Assembly (NCBI RefSeq): GCF_009914755.1
Contig: NC_060948.1
Direction: 5' to 3' (one strand)
Length of the DNA stretch: 64,000 bases
Origin: the human T2T-CHM13v2.0 reference genome, Homo sapiens
Part shown: piece after piece, positions 13,752 to 31,353 of the stretch
Position numbering within the stretch: position 1 is the stretch's first letter
How the letters are laid out: each line of letters starts with the position of its first letter
Notes under the pieces: generated by a model
What the model was told of the DNA's origin: nothing
Database searches by the model: none
Seen by the model: the letters and a program-made list of their open reading frames with translations, nothing else
Position numbers and translations under genes: made by a program

Positions 13752-14392
13752 CTTTCACGGAGGGCCTAAGCCATTGTGTGGGATTGGAAGGAGGTCTTAG
13801 GGCTACTTAAGATTTCTGGCTGGGACTACACCCCAGAGTTATCTGAAGGCCCTTAGACTAACTCCATTGCATGACAGCTCAACAGGGCCAGCCCCAGGAC
13901 TTATTCCTATCACATTTTCCTTCTTTTCTCTCACAGCTATCATGTCTCCTATTCGTTCTTTGAATACAATGTTGTGGGTATTTTTGCAACCTAGAGACAT
14001 AGTCTTGCTGGGTAGTTAGTAGGTGTTTTAGAAATGAGGAATGTAATTCAAAGAGTTGTTGTTTTGTGATTTCCTAGAAACAGGGGGAATTCAGTATTTC
14101 AATCTAAGTTTTCACCTAGTAATGCCCCTTCTATCCCTCAATGATGGACATTCATAGCACTGAATGGGAGAATATTTCACCCTGAGTGAATATCCTCCTC
14201 CACTTTTAAGTTGTTTTTTTACTTCATTAAGAGTTCAGCATTGTCCAGTGAATTTAATCAGTTCTTTTATGAAACAAATTAATTTTCTTATGCTGGAAGC
14301 CATGTTATATGGACAGCCTATCAAATCCAAACCTTTCTTTCTAAATTTTGCCTGAAAATAATTTAGAGTTAGAGATTTTACCTAACATTTCT

Positions 14393-14709
<317 letters not shown>

Positions 14710-15465
14710 TTTACCTAACATTTCTAACCCTACGGTGCCACATAGTTGAAAGGGATTTTTCTCCATGGGGAGTCTTATCAGCTGTCAGTCCCAAACCTCT
14801 ACTCTCCCAATTCTTTTCCCTTTTACATTCTTCTATCAATGATCAGGCCCCATGTCTTATGTAGTGACAGAAAAACTCCACTTTCAACAGCCAGGAGAAA
14901 GCCATCCTGATAATACAGATCTTAGCTTCAATACTGTCCCCAACAAAGGGGGGCAAACATTCAATTTTTACACTCTTTTGAGGCATCTGCTTTGCATTCA
15001 ACTACATTGGAATTTAAACAGAAAAGGAATTTTATGTTTGAAAATTAATCAGTTCCATTCTGTGGGATTTTGACTTTTTTCCTGAGGCCATAGCAAATGA
15101 AGCCAGAGATAGTGTTAGGACACTCCCTCCATTAAGAAGTCTTGCCCAGCTCCAACTACTACATAATCTCTCCCAAGCCTTTGGGGTACCTTGAGAGCCT
15201 TCTGTGTTAAGTGGATCTAGGAATCCAGCAGGACAGAAGGATAGGGTTTTGAGCAGGTAAGTGTGACTAAAACCCACCAACTAGCTTTTCTGGGGTCATA
15301 GATGAAAGGTCATGCTTGTATCCATGGACAGCACCTCTGGTGGTCCATGGGACCCAGAGAAGAGGAGGTAAGAGGAGAAGTGGGATGTGCTTTCTCTCAC
15401 TCAACCCTGGGTCACACAAAAAGAGGAAGGGGACTGAGGGATGTGTTGTCTCCCTCTCTTTCTAG

Positions 15466-16600
15466 ATGGGTAACATAAAAAACCATATGCAGTTTGTACT
15501 CCCCTTCAGTGCATTTCAAATCACTGGACCTCATTTGACCCTGAGACTCTGAAGAGAAAATGGTTTATATTTTATTGTGCAAGGGCCTGACCTTGTTATT
15601 ATGTTGGGGATAAACAAACTTGACCTTCTGAGGGAAGTCTTGATTTCTGTACTATTCAACAACCAGATCTTTTCTGTAGGCAGAAGGGCAAGTGGCCCCT
15701 GGTTTCCTATGTGGGAAACCACATAGTTTTAGTTTTTAGTTTTGTGGGAAAATCCACATTTTTATAAGCATTGTACAGTTGACACTGTCTTCTTGGCAGG
15801 CCTGTCAGGCACGCCCACAAAGGATGATTACCCAAAGTCAGAGAGACAAACCACTGGGGAACCCTCAAATGCAACTACTGGGTGCCCTACCTGCCCCAGT
15901 TATTTGGGGATCCCAGTAGCCAAATCATTAACTCCTCTTGTTGTGCCATTCAAGAAATTCCCAACTTTGCTGTTGTCCCTGCAGAAAATGCCCAATAGGC
16001 ATGGTGCCACTAGGGTTAAAGTTCCCTTCTTATTGCAGGACCTTAGGCAAATAAAGGGGGACCTAGTCAAGTTCTCCAATGACACTGATAAATATATAGG
16101 GGTTTTCCGAAATTCAACCCAAGTGTTTAATCTTATGTGAAGAGATGTTATGCAACTTTTAAGCCAAACCCTAACTGTTAAAAAAACGGGCAGAGATATT
16201 CAGAGAGAAACAGTATCCCTCCTATAGCCTGTCAAAAGAAAGCCAATCAAAAGGGGAAAGAGGGTAAAAAAGAGCCATGGTCCCCATTTCCAATAGGAAG
16301 AGAAACATACCCCTTTAAATACCCTAATTGAAGCCCAGTAATTCCATAGATAAGTAGAAAAGAAAACAATTTTTATGTGCATTTTAAAAGGCTTACAAAG
16401 AACTAAAACCAAACCTCTCAATTATTCTAAACTGTGCTTGTTGAAGCTGAAACCAGATGAAAATTCCCCTCACTCTTTGGAAAGGCTGAGAAAAGCTTTA
16501 GTGAAACACATGTCCCTGTCTCCCAATTCAATTAAAGAAAAAAAAAAAGTTAATTACTCAGGCAGTCCCTGATGTCAAAAGGAAGTTGCTGAAACAGGTT
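15466..16600 (+). pseudogene. gag: ERV1 gag remnant
   Basis: MGN start; ORFs 15742-16140 'VKVPFLLQDLRQIKGDLVKFSND' and 16375-16572 'GLQRTKTKPLNYSKL...LERLRKALVKH' resemble HERV9/W-type Gag. Confidence 0.85.
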
Positions 16601-16699
16601 CTGTCTAAAGATCTTTCCAGTTTTTCTCACTCTCAAGTTTAAGCTTTGAAGCATGTAAATAATATTCTCCTCTCTGCCCCAACTGAGGAGGTCTCAAGA

Positions 16700-17420
16700 A
16701 GTCAACAAGGCTCTGCTCAATGTTTTAGCTGAAATAGAGTACAGGTTCTCAAAATCTAAAGCTCAGCTCTGTAAAACAAACATAAAGTACCTAGATTTAG
16801 TCTTATCAGGAGGGATGAAAACACCAGATGAAGAAAAGATTAAGCCCATTTCTTTTAACAGTTAATGGGATTCTTGGGCATTACTGAATTTTGCAGACTG
16901 TGGGTACCTGGTGCAATGAAATAGCTGATCCTTTATACTACCTCATAAAACAAACTCATTCTCTAATATGGGAACCTAAAACACAAAAACTCAGCTAGAA
17001 CTCACTCTCTAACAGCAGCTAGAACTCACTTTCTAACATGGGAACCTAAAACACGAAAACCGTAAACCAGCTAAAGCTAGCCTTACTTAAAACACCAGCC
17101 CTCAGTCTTTCCATAGGGAAGGTATTTAATCATTATGTAACAGAAAGGAAGAAAATAGCCTTTGGAGTTTTGGCTAAGGCTTGAGGTCCAGCTCTACAGC
17201 CAGGATTAACCATGGGGAACAAGTGAACTGTTTGCACCCCGTACAGTAGTAGGACTGCTGTTCTCTAAGGGAGGTCTCTGATTAACAATCACCTCCTCAA
17301 ATATCAAGCTCTGCTGCTAGAGGGATCTGAAGTCCAGTAAAACAAACTGCTTTTGCCTAAACCCAGCCACCTTCTCCCAGAGGGAAGTGGAGAGCCTGAA
17401 CATAATTGTGAACAGGTAGT
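16700..17420 (+). pseudogene. pol: ERV1 pol remnant (RT C-terminus/tether), heavily deleted
   Basis: Translated motifs 'SKSKAQLC...KYL' and 'GFLGITEFCRLWVPG'. Confidence 0.75.
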
Positions 17421-18441
17421 AGTATAAACCAGTAAAAGAAATGATAAAAATCAGTTTATCTTCTATGTAAAATTTTAATTAATAAAAAATGATTTTCTTA
17501 AAGTGTACTCAGCTTAATTAAAAGGGGATATCTAAGCTATAGTTATATTTAAAAGGCTTTTACAGTTTTCTCTTCAAATATCTTGTTTCTGGAAGAGGTT
17601 TTTTTCCCTCAGTCAACAGAATTACTTTTCTCCTCTGTGTCTTGCCACTCTAGTAAATGCATGAAAGACCCTGTAATGACTTCTGGTGGCCTGGGACTCT
17701 TCAGGAAAACAGACAAGGCACCACATATCCCACTTTGGGAGAAATCTCTGTTTTCCTCATGGAGCCCCTGTAATTAGGGGTGAATAGGACCCTCTCAAAA
17801 TCTGTGTTGGTCTTCCATCTATGCTTGTTTATTAGGCCTTGGAAATTGTATTCCTAGCCCTGTTCTTAAAGGGCCTCACCAGGAGGCCAATAATCCAACT
17901 GGGAAATTAGCAAATGAAAGATATAACTATAGGGTCTTCCTCTGTGTGTCTGTGTGGTTATACATGCGTTACGTGTGTGATGTCTATTTAAAAAAGGAGC
18001 TCTAATTAATTGACTTAAAGAAGAATAAGCACTTGGATGAGATATTTTTAAGAAAAAAGTAAAGGCTGTAGTGCCTATTGGTTCATGTGACTTTATTCTT
18101 TAAGAAATACAAACAGCCTTGTAGCATATTGATAAAATCCAGATGTCTTTGAGATGTAAATAGGTGGTCTAAATTATGCCGGTAAGTTACTAGGTTTGCT
18201 AAATATTTTAAGGTTTTAAATTGCTTCTTTGGCCTTTAAGAACTGTTCAACTTTTCTGCTTCACAACGAGTAAGGCCTAGGGACATATGGAAGTGTCCAT
18301 GCCCGTAACTATGCTGGAAAATTTCAAACTTTAACTGTACCTAGCACATAATTAAAACAACTTACCAGGTTTCACATTCAAGTTAGTAATTGCTGAGTTA
18401 CCATTATGACATGTAATTGAAACTATTAAAAATAGACTTAT

Positions 18442-18746
18442 GGCTGGGTGCAGTGGCTCATGTCTGTAATCCCAGCACTTTGAGAGGCTGAGGCAGGTGG
18501 ATCATGAGGTCAGGAGATCGAGACCATCCTGGCTAACACGGTGAAATCCCGTATCTACTAAAAATACAAAAAGATTAGCCAGGCGTGGTGGCATGTGCCT
18601 GTAGTCCTAGCTACTTGGGAGGCTGAGGCAGGAGAATGGCATGAACCCAGGAGGCAGAGCTTGCAGTGAGCCAAGATCGCGCCACTTCACTCCAACCTGT
18701 GCGACAGAGTGAGACTCCATCTCCCCACAAAAAAAAAAAAAAAAAA
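18442..18746 (+). mobile_element. AluY-like
   Basis: gagatcgagaccatcctggctaacacggtg and gaatggcatgaacc...gagcttgcagtgag diagnostics; poly-A tail. Confidence 0.88.
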
Positions 18747-20134
18747 GGCTTACATGCAAGGTATTAAAAATAGTAAAGTATGTTTTCAGTAAAAGATTAT
18801 AAAAAGACATGAAAATGTATATTTTGTCTAAACATAAAGGATTGGCTTAAATAAAATAAAACAAGTTTTAAGCAATTGTGAAAAGATTATAAAAATCAAT
18901 CTTGAAATGAAATTTTGTTCATGAAAATATTAACTAAATTCAAAAGGTTATTATATAGTTTTTAAAATCAAGCATTAAAATAAAAGCACAGCAAGGTTTT
19001 CTTAAAATGCTAATCTACTCTTTAGCAAAATTTGTAGAGGGTTATAAAAGGTTTGTGAAAATCTCACCTCATGGTCAAATTGGTTAAAATTAAATAGAAT
19101 TGGCTATAAGATTTCATTAAAATTAGCATTAACATTAATGATAAACAAATGCAAGGGTGAATTTTGGCTTTCTCTTAAACATAATTTTTATGTAATAATA
19201 AAGGCTAATGAAAGGTTTTGCATTTTCAAGTTCTCAAGTCTTTTTTTGGGCAAAACAAATGACTTATGGTAATCTGAAATTTTATTTCATGATATCAAGT
19301 ATTTTAAAACTCCAGAATGTTCAACAGAATTCCCAAAATAAAATTTAAGTTTCAATGATGTCGTTCCTGGTGCCTGGCTTTTGGGTATTGCAAACAGCCT
19401 CTGAAGCATCTAGAAAAAAGGTAAACAGGATTATTTAACATGTTTATAAATATGAGATTGCTAAAATTAGGTCTAATCTTCAGGTTATATTTTACTGAAT
19501 AATATTAACATATATTCCAAAACTGCATGGAATTTCCAAGGTTTTAATGTGTGGATATATGCTATCAATTACAATTAAGATTATTATGTTGGGTTATGGC
19601 AAACCACAGAAATAACCAAATTTTCTTGTCAATTGAGTTTCTGACTGTAACTATCCTGAACATTTTGTCACTTACAGACAAGTGTCTCCTTTTAATTCTC
19701 TTCAAAAGATAGTTTATAATCAAACTGTTGGACATTATTAGCAGGTTCTCTCAAATGCAAGTTTCTCAGAAAAACATACAAAACTCATGAAAAGCTAAAA
19801 TGTTTATAAATATCAAGCAAAACAATACTTAATGAGGTGGACTAAACTAATCAAAAATGAAAGCAATGTTTTTTGATTTTTGCTTGGAACATTGCTGATC
19901 CTTTTTTTTTTTGCGTTTTTTTTTTTTTAATTATACTTTAAGTTTTAGGGTACATGTGCACATTGTGCAGGTTAGTTACATATGTATACATGTGCCGTGC
20001 TGGTGCGCTGCACCCACTAACTCGTCATCTACCATTAGGTATATCTCCCAGTGTTATCCCTCTCCCCTCCCCCGACCCCACAACAGTCCCCAGAGTGTGA
20101 TATTCCCCTTCCTGTGTCCATGTGATCTCATTGT

Positions 20135-23958
<3,824 letters not shown>

Positions 23959-24021
23959 TATGATGTTAGCTGGTGATTTTGCTCGTTAGTTGATGCAGTT
24001 TCTTCCTAGTCTTGATGGTCT

Positions 24022-25035
24022 TTACATTTTGGCATGATTTTGCAGCGGCTGGTACTGGTTGTTCGTTTCCATGTTTAGCGCTTCCTTCAGGAGCTCTTTT
24101 AGGGCAGGCCTGTTAGTGACAAAATCTCTCAGCATTTGCTTGTCTGTAAAGTATTTAATTTCTCCTTCACTTATGAAGCTTAGTTTGGCTGGATATGAAA
24201 TTCTGGGTTGAAAATTCTTTTCTTTAAGAATGTTGAATATTGGCCCCCACTCTCTTCTGGCTTGGAGGGTTTCTGCCGAGAGATCCGCTGTTAGTCTGAT
24301 GGGCTTCCCTTTGAGGGTAACCCGACCTTTCTCTCTGGCTGCCCTTAACATTTTTTCCTTCATTTCAACTTTGGTGAATCTGACAATTATGTGTCTTGGA
24401 GTTGCTCTTCTCGAGGAGTATCTTTGTGGCATTCTCTGTATTTCCTGAATCTGAACGTTGGCCTGCCTTGCTAGATTGGGGAAGTTCTCCTGGATAATAT
24501 CCTGCAGAGTGTTTTCCAACTTGGTTCCATTCTCCCCATCACTTTCAGGTACACCAATCAGACGTAGATTTGGTCTTTTCACATAGTCCCATATTTCTTG
24601 GAGGCTTTGCTCATTTCTTTTTATTCTTTTTTCTCTAAACTTCCCTTCTCACTTCATTTCATTCATTTCATCTTCCATTGCTGATACCCTTTCTTCCAGT
24701 TGATCGCATCGGCTCCTGAGGCTTCTGCATTCTTCACGTAGTTCTCGAGCCTTGGTTTTCAGCTCCATCAGCTCCTTTAAGCACTTCTCTGTATTGGTTA
24801 TTCTAGTTATACATTCTTCTAAATTTTTTTCAAAGTTTTCAACTTCTTTGCCTTTGGTTTGAATGTCCTCCCATAGCTCAGAGTAATTTGATCGTCTGAA
24901 GCCTTCTCTCAGCTCGTCAAAGTCATTCTCCATCCAGCTTCGTTCCGTTGCTGGTGAGGAACTGCGTTCCTTTGGAGGAGGAGAGTTGCTCTGTGTTTTA
25001 GAGTTTCCAGTTTTTCTGTTCTGTTTTTTCCCCAT
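24022..25035 (-). pseudogene. L1 ORF1 with a premature stop
   Basis: MGKKQNRKTGNSK... ends at TGA (24649-24651, likely CGA>TGA); C-terminal part is ORF 24022-24582. Confidence 0.95.
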
Positions 25036-25488
25036 CTTTGTGGTTTTATCTACTTTTGGTCTTTGATGATGGTGATGTACAGATGGGTTTTCGGTGTGGA
25101 TGTCCTTTCTGTTTGTTAGTTTTCCTTCTAATAGACAGGACCCTCAGCTGCAGGTCTGTTGGAATACCTTGCATTGTGAGGTGTCAATGTGCCCCTGCTG
25201 TGGGGTGCCTCCCAGTTAGGCTGCTCGGGGTCAGGGGTCAGGGACCCACTTGAGAGGCAGTCTGCGGGTTCTCAGATCTCCAGCTGCGGGCTGGGAGAAC
25301 CACTGCTCTCTTCAAAGCTGTCAGACAGGGACATTTAAGTCTGCAGAGGTTACTGCTGTCTTTTTGTTTTTCTGTGCCCTGCCCCCAGAGGTGGAGCCTA
25401 CAGTGGCAGGCAGGCCTCCTTGAACTGTGGTGGGCTCCACCCAGTTCGAGCTTCTGGGCTGCTTTGTTTGCCTAAGCAAGCCTGGGCA

Positions 25489-25704
25489 ATGGCGGGCTCC
25501 CCTCCCCCAGCCTCGCTGCCGCCTTGCAGTTTGATCTCAGACTGCTGTGCTAGCAATCAGCGAGACTCCGTGGGTGTAGGACCCTCCGAGCCAGGTGCGG
25601 GATATAGTGTCGTGGTGCGCCGTTTTTTAAGCCGGTCTGAAAAGAACAATATTCGGGTGGGAGTGACCCGATTTTCCAGGTGGGTCCATCACCCCTTTCT
25701 TTGA
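25489..25704 (+). CDS. L1 antisense ORF0, 71 aa, open
   Basis: MAGSPPPASLPPCSLISDCCASNQRDSVGVGPSEPGAGYSVVVRRFLSRSEKNNIRVGVTRFSRWVHHPFL inside ORF 25420-25704; matches the primate L1 ORF0 pattern. Confidence 0.8.
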   Translation: MAGSPPPASLPPCSLISDCCASNQRDSVGVGPSEPGAGYSVVVRRFLSRSEKNNIRVGVTRFSRWVHHPFL

Positions 25705-25988
25705 CTCGGAAAGGGAACTCCCTGACCCCTTGCGCTTCCCAGGTGAGGCAATGCCTCGCCCTGCTTCGGCTCCCGAACGGTGCTTGCACCCACTGGCCTG
25801 CGCCCACTGTCTGGCACTCCCTAGTGAGATGAACCCGGTACCTCAGATGGAAATGCAGAAATCACCCGTCTTCTGCGTCGCTCACGCTGGGAGCTGTAGA
25901 CCGGAGCTGTTCCTATTCGGCCATCTTGGCTCCTCCTGCTGATCCTTTTTTGTTTTTCAGACTCAAGGAAAATTCCTTAAAAGCTTTT

Positions 25989-26284
25989 GGCCAGGCACGG
26001 TGGCTCATGACTGTAATCCCAGCACTTTGGGAGGCTGAGGTGAGTGGATCACAAGGTCAGGAATTCAAGACCAGCCTGACCAACGTGGTGAAACCCGCAT
26101 CTCCACTAAAAATACAAACATTAGCTGAGCATGGTGGCACATGCCTGTAATCCCAGACATTCAGGAGGCTGAGGCAGGAGAATTGCTTGAACCCGGGAGG
26201 TGGTGATTGCAGTGAGCTGAGATTGAGTCACTGTGATCCAGCCTGGGTGACAGAGTGAGACTCTGCCTCAAAAAAAAAAAAAAA
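25989..26284 (+). mobile_element. AluS with A/(CA)n tail
   Basis: Full Alu dimer. Confidence 0.92.
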
Positions 26285-27404
26285 ACACACACACACACAC
26301 AAAAACACCTTCTTTCAACAACTGAGCAAGGTATACTCCTATGAACAAAATTTCGAACATGTTTATTTCTCTCTGCCTAGTTCTTCTAAAATTCAAAAAC
26401 TAGTTATGACTGTTTTTTTACTTACAACAGTATAGTTGTTTGCATCAGTGCAACAGGAATTTATTTTCTTTTGCAACAAGACACAATTGAAAAAACTGGT
26501 TGTTTTACCAAGGCCTTGACTAGATGGGTGTGTTTCCCTTTAAGGAATCAAGCTTGGCTTGCAGAGCGGATAAAAGCCGCTTGGGAAAACTGACCTCATA
26601 TTTTGTCTACACAGTCTCTGTACAGGATTCCTGACCTGTGGTGAGTAAAGAATGTCACTTTCTAACAGGCCTAGGAAACCAATGCTCCTGGAACTGCAAA
26701 AAAAAAAAAAAAAAAAAAGTTTACCCAACGCTCACAGGTATTTGAAAATACAAACCCAAGGCTAGCCTTGTTTTAAGGAGTTCTGCCTGAGATTCCTTGT
26801 GGAACAGAGTTCCATCAATGCCAGTCAAAAAGGACTACATAAAGGTGATTATTCTTGCTGCACTTTATGCAAATAATTATGCCAAGTATAATACTAAAGT
26901 CTATTTTGCAAATAGCCGTGTCCTATCATAAGTTGCTTTTAACAAAAATGAGAACTGAAGAGAAAGAAATTATGTTTTAAAACTTATCATACATTTATCA
27001 TTAACTTCTAGTTTCATTAGTTATTTTTAAGTATTTGTCTACATTTTAAAATAATTGTGCTTATTCCTATGAGCCAACCAGGAATCTCCAGCTATAGCTC
27101 AGAGGTGACAGAAGGATGGGGAATGTAAAACTCTAGATCAATATTCTGGCTCTGAGCAATTGTTTTGCAGCTCCTTCTGGGTAATGGGAACAAATATGAT
27201 GCCCATAGCCCAGAAATTTCCTTGAAAGAAAAAAAATCAAGAAAGCTAACCAAAGCCAAGCCCTATGCACCCAAATCTTAGCAAGCCCAACTCTAGCCAC
27301 TAGTTACGGGGACATGTAAGCAGCCTTAACATTTTTAAGCTGCTTTTACCCCCCTTGTCTCATTTTAATACATGTCCTCTAATAACCAAAATTGTTTCTT
27401 TTCA

Positions 27405-27452
27405 TCTAGAGGCTATCAAACTCCAAACAGTGATGCAAATGGAACCATGCAT
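27405..27452 (+). pseudogene. env: Env cytoplasmic-tail remnant
   Basis: ctagaggctatcaaactccaaacagtgatgcaaatggaacca = LEAIKLQTVMQMEP, similar to ERV1 TM tails (IEAVKLQMEP). Confidence 0.6.
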
Positions 27453-27566
27453 GAATGCACCTTTCCATGAATGAATAACATGTAAGCCAACCTTGGGAGG
27501 AATCCTAGCTGCTGTTCCTAACACAATGCACCTCTCTAGCAAAAAGTAGCCAGAAAAATCAATGCT

Positions 27567-28331
27567 CTAGTTAGATAACAAGGGAAGAGTCACGGAGAGT
27601 CCCAGGCTAATGGGTCAGTGCCTCATCCCCACATAACATAAAAAGCAGCCTGGGAAATAATTCAAGCTGCAGGCACCAATAAGGAAACTTGCACAGGGTG
27701 TTGTGCCTGCAGACAGGTCCATTACTGCACAGATTGAAAAACCTCCAAACCCATTTGGATATAATTGTGCACAAACCTCCAGCTCACTCAGAGAAGGGAA
27801 TGCCTTTATCTTTTGTATAGTCAGCAGGCTCCCAGGAAAATGTTTCTTCTTCTTTTGTGGTCATGGGCACAGTGGACTCTGGTAGGTCCCAGTGGGCACC
27901 CTACTTTTATTTATTAGAACTATAAGTTTGGCTTCTATGAATCATCATCTCAGCCTCTGATTTGTCCTGAGCCAAGGTCCCAGGCCAAGCTTTCACATCA
28001 ACTTCTGATAGGTCTTAGGCCAAGCTAAGCAGCAATTATGAAACATCATTTCACCTCCTCATTGGTCCCAGGCCAAGGTCCTAGGCCAAGCTGAGTTGCA
28101 CATTTGCTAAAACAGCCTGCAGAGTAAGCGTACTCCTTCTCCTTCCCAGTCCATGAAAACCATGGACCCCACCTCATAGGGGATACTCCCATTCAGGACC
28201 CCCTTTTTGTGCTGGCAGAGAGCTTTCCTCTTTCACTCGTTAATCATTCACTCTAACCTCACCTGTGTTTCCATACTCCTTAATCATCTTGGAGATAGGA
28301 CACAAAACTCCAGACATTATCTTAGACAATG
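27567..28331 (+). promoter_or_regulatory. 3' LTR of the provirus, clipped at both ends
   Basis: Colinear with 11953-13066 minus the Alu; lacks the first ~20 bp, the PPT and the terminal ...gttaca. Confidence 0.85.
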
Positions 28332-29020
28332 TTGTGTTTCCATTATCATGGTTCAATAAATTTTTTTATTTCCTTCTTAATTTCTTGATTGACCAGCTGG
28401 TCATTCAGGAGCATAATGTCTAATATTCATGGGTTATATAGTTTCAAAAATTCCTCTTTTTGTTGATTTCTAGCCTGGTTTATTGTGGCCAGATAAGACA
28501 CTTGATATTATTTTAGCTCTGGAATATTTTAAGAATTGTTTTGTGACCTAATATATGTTCTGTCCTTGAGAATGATTCGTCTGCTTCTGGGAAGAATGTG
28601 TATTCTGCAGGCACTGGATGAAATGTTTTGTAAATATCTATTAGCCGCATTTGGCCTATAGTGCAGATTAAGTCCAATATTTCTTTGTTGAGTTTCTCTC
28701 TCAGAGATCTGCACAATGCTGAAAGTGGGGTGTTAAAGTGTCCAGTTATTGTTGTATTGAAGTCTATTGCTCTCTTTAACTCTAATAATATTTGCTTTAA
28801 TTATCTGGGTGCTCTAGTGTTGGGTGAATATGTATACTTGCAATTGTTATATCCTGTTTCTGGATTGACTCCTTTATCATTATACTTTGTCTGTTTTTAC
28901 AGTTTTTGTCTTAAAATCTCTTTGTCTTATATAAATATAGTTATAGTGATCTGTTTCAGTTGTAATGAAATATCTTATTCCATCCTTTTGTTTTCAGTCT
29001 ATGTGTATCTTTAGAGGTTA
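28332..29020 (-). mobile_element. L1MA-like ORF2 endonuclease region (continuation of 10445-11952)
   Basis: ORF 28513-28716 'LIDIYKTFHP..AEYTFF'. Confidence 0.85.
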
Positions 29021-29134
29021 GTTAAGTTTTTAATGGCATCAAGATAATATGCATTGAATACAAACTGTATTTTTCCTGAAATAATACAAGCCAGATGCAG
29101 CTCCTAGTTACTCACACACTTTCAACTTACATTT

Positions 29135-30868
29135 TTTCTTCTTTTTAAAATTTCATTTTAATTTTCAATTCAGTGGTTTGTTATAGAATATATTTTATGA
29201 AGATGAGGTTTGGGCTTCTATTGGTCCCATCTCCCATATAGTAAATACGGTACCCAATATAAACTTTTTCAGCCTTTGTCCCCCTTTCTAACTTACTCTT
29301 TTTGGAGCCCACAGTGTTTATTGTTTTCATTTTTATATCCATGTGTACATGAGATTTAGTTCCCGTTTATAATGAGAACATGCAACATTTGGTTTTCTGT
29401 GTTAAATGACTTAGGGTAATGGTGTCTAGCTGCATGCATGTGGCTACAGAAAACATTAAGTCTTTTTTTGTGGCTGCGTAGTATTTTATGTTGTATAAGT
29501 ACCATATTTTCTTTATCCAAACCACCACTTAAGGACACCTATGTTGATTTAATGTCTTTGCTATTGTAAATAGTGCTGTGATATGAATGCATGTGCATTT
29601 TTGGTACAACCATATTTTTAGGCATATATAAGCAATAATAAGGTTGTTGGGTTACATGGGAGTTCTGTTTTTAGCTCTTTGAGAAATCTCCAAAGTAATT
29701 TCCACAGTTGTTGAGCTAATTTACATTCTCAGCAATAATGTGCAAGTATTACCTTTTCCACATGGCATCACCAATATCTTTTATTTTTTTGACATTTTAA
29801 TCATGGCTATTCTGACTTATGGGTAATGATATCTCATTGTTATTTTGATTTACATTTCTCTGATAATTAGCAACATGAAGCATTTTTCCCATACTTTGTT
29901 GGCCATTTGTAAGTCTTCTTTGGAGAGTGTCTGTTCATGCCCTTTGCCCGTGTTTTAATGGAGTGATTTGTTTTTTCCTTGTTGCACTGTTTAATTTCCT
30001 AATTTATTTTGGGTATTAGTCCCTTATAAGATAAATGGTTTGCAAAAATTTTTCTCCTACTTTGTAGTTTGTCTGTTTACTGTGTTTACAGTTTTTTTGC
30101 TGTGTTGAAGTTCTTTAATTAGGTCTCACTTGTCAATTTTTCTTTTTGTTTCAATTGCTTTTAATTATTTGTTCATAAAGTATTTGCTAAGACCAACATC
30201 CAGAATGGCATTTTGCTGGTTTTCTTATAGAATGTAGTTTGAGGGTTTAAATTTAACTCTTTAATTCATCTTGACTTAAAGATATGGTATATGAGGATAA
30301 ATAGGAGTCCAGTTTTATTATTCTGTATATGGTTAGCCAGTTTTCCCACACTATTTATTAAACAGTCATTTCTTTATTGTTTATTCTTGTTCACTTTTTC
30401 AAAGATCAGTTGGTGGTAGCTATGCTGTATTTTTTCTAAGTTCTCTATTCTGTTCTATTGGCCCATTTTTCTGTCTTCATAACAATAACATGCTGTTCTG
30501 GATAATGAATCATTGTAGTATAGTTGAAAATCTGGTAATGTAATGCCTCTGGCTTTGTGCTCTTTGGTTAGGATTGCTTTGAGCTTCTAGTTGTTTCCAC
30601 ATGCATTTTAGAATTTTATTTAATTATGTGAAAACTGAACTTGGTAGTTTGATAGAAATACTATATCCATATATTGCTGTGGGCATTATGGATATTTTTA
30701 AAAGGTTGATTCTTTAAACTATAATTATACAATGTATTTTTTGTTTGTATTTTCTATAATTTATTCTATCAGTGCTTGGTAGTTCTCTTTATAGAGATCT
30801 TTCACCTATTTGGTTAACTGTATTTCCAGATATTTTACTTTTTGTGAATATTGTAAATGGGATTGCAT
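29135..30868 (-). mobile_element. L1PB-like 3' part
   Basis: Reverse 3'UTR (gatgaggtttgg...tacccaata) followed by ORF2 3' region. Confidence 0.8.
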
Positions 30869-31352
30869 TTTAAGTTTATGGGCACATGTGAAGGTATTTT
30901 ATATATGTAAACTCATACCAGTGGGGTTGCTGTGCAGAGTATTTATTGTGTTAAGCCTACTGCCTATTAATAATTTTTCCTGATCCTCTTCCTCCCTGAC
31001 ATGCCATCCTCAGGTAGGCCCCAGTGTCTGTTGTTCTTAAAGAGTTTCTGCACAGCAAAAGAAACTATCATCTGACCAAATGGGTGGCCTTCAGAATGGG
31101 AGAAAATGCTTGCAAACTATGCATCTGACAAAGGTCTAATATTCAACACCTTTAAGAAATGTAAACAAATTAATAAGAAAAAATGAACAACCCTATTAAA
31201 AAAGGGTGAAAGACATGAGCTTTTCAGAAGACATACATGTGGACAACAAGCATATTATAGAAGCTCAATATCAGTAATCATTAGAGAATTTCAAATCAAA
31301 ACTGCAATAAGATACATTCTTACACTGAAAAAAATGGCTATTATTAAAAATT
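30869..31352. mobile_element. L1PA13-16-like 3' end (minus, 30869-31037) abutting a plus-strand ORF2 piece (31038-31352)
   Basis: Orientation switch at ~31037; compatible with a twin-primed inversion but no TSD found. Confidence 0.65.
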
Positions 31353-31353
31353 C

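Noticed and set aside
19908-20130. L1HS-Ta (currently active) assignment
   Set aside because: The 3'UTR has GAG rather than ACA/ACG and aaagtataat rather than agagtataat
29020-29135. Short unique island as another exon
   Set aside because: No convincing splice-site pair, and stops occur in the candidate frames
30869-31352. Definite twin-priming inversion
   Set aside because: The orientation fits, but the distal end and TSD could not be located among later insertions
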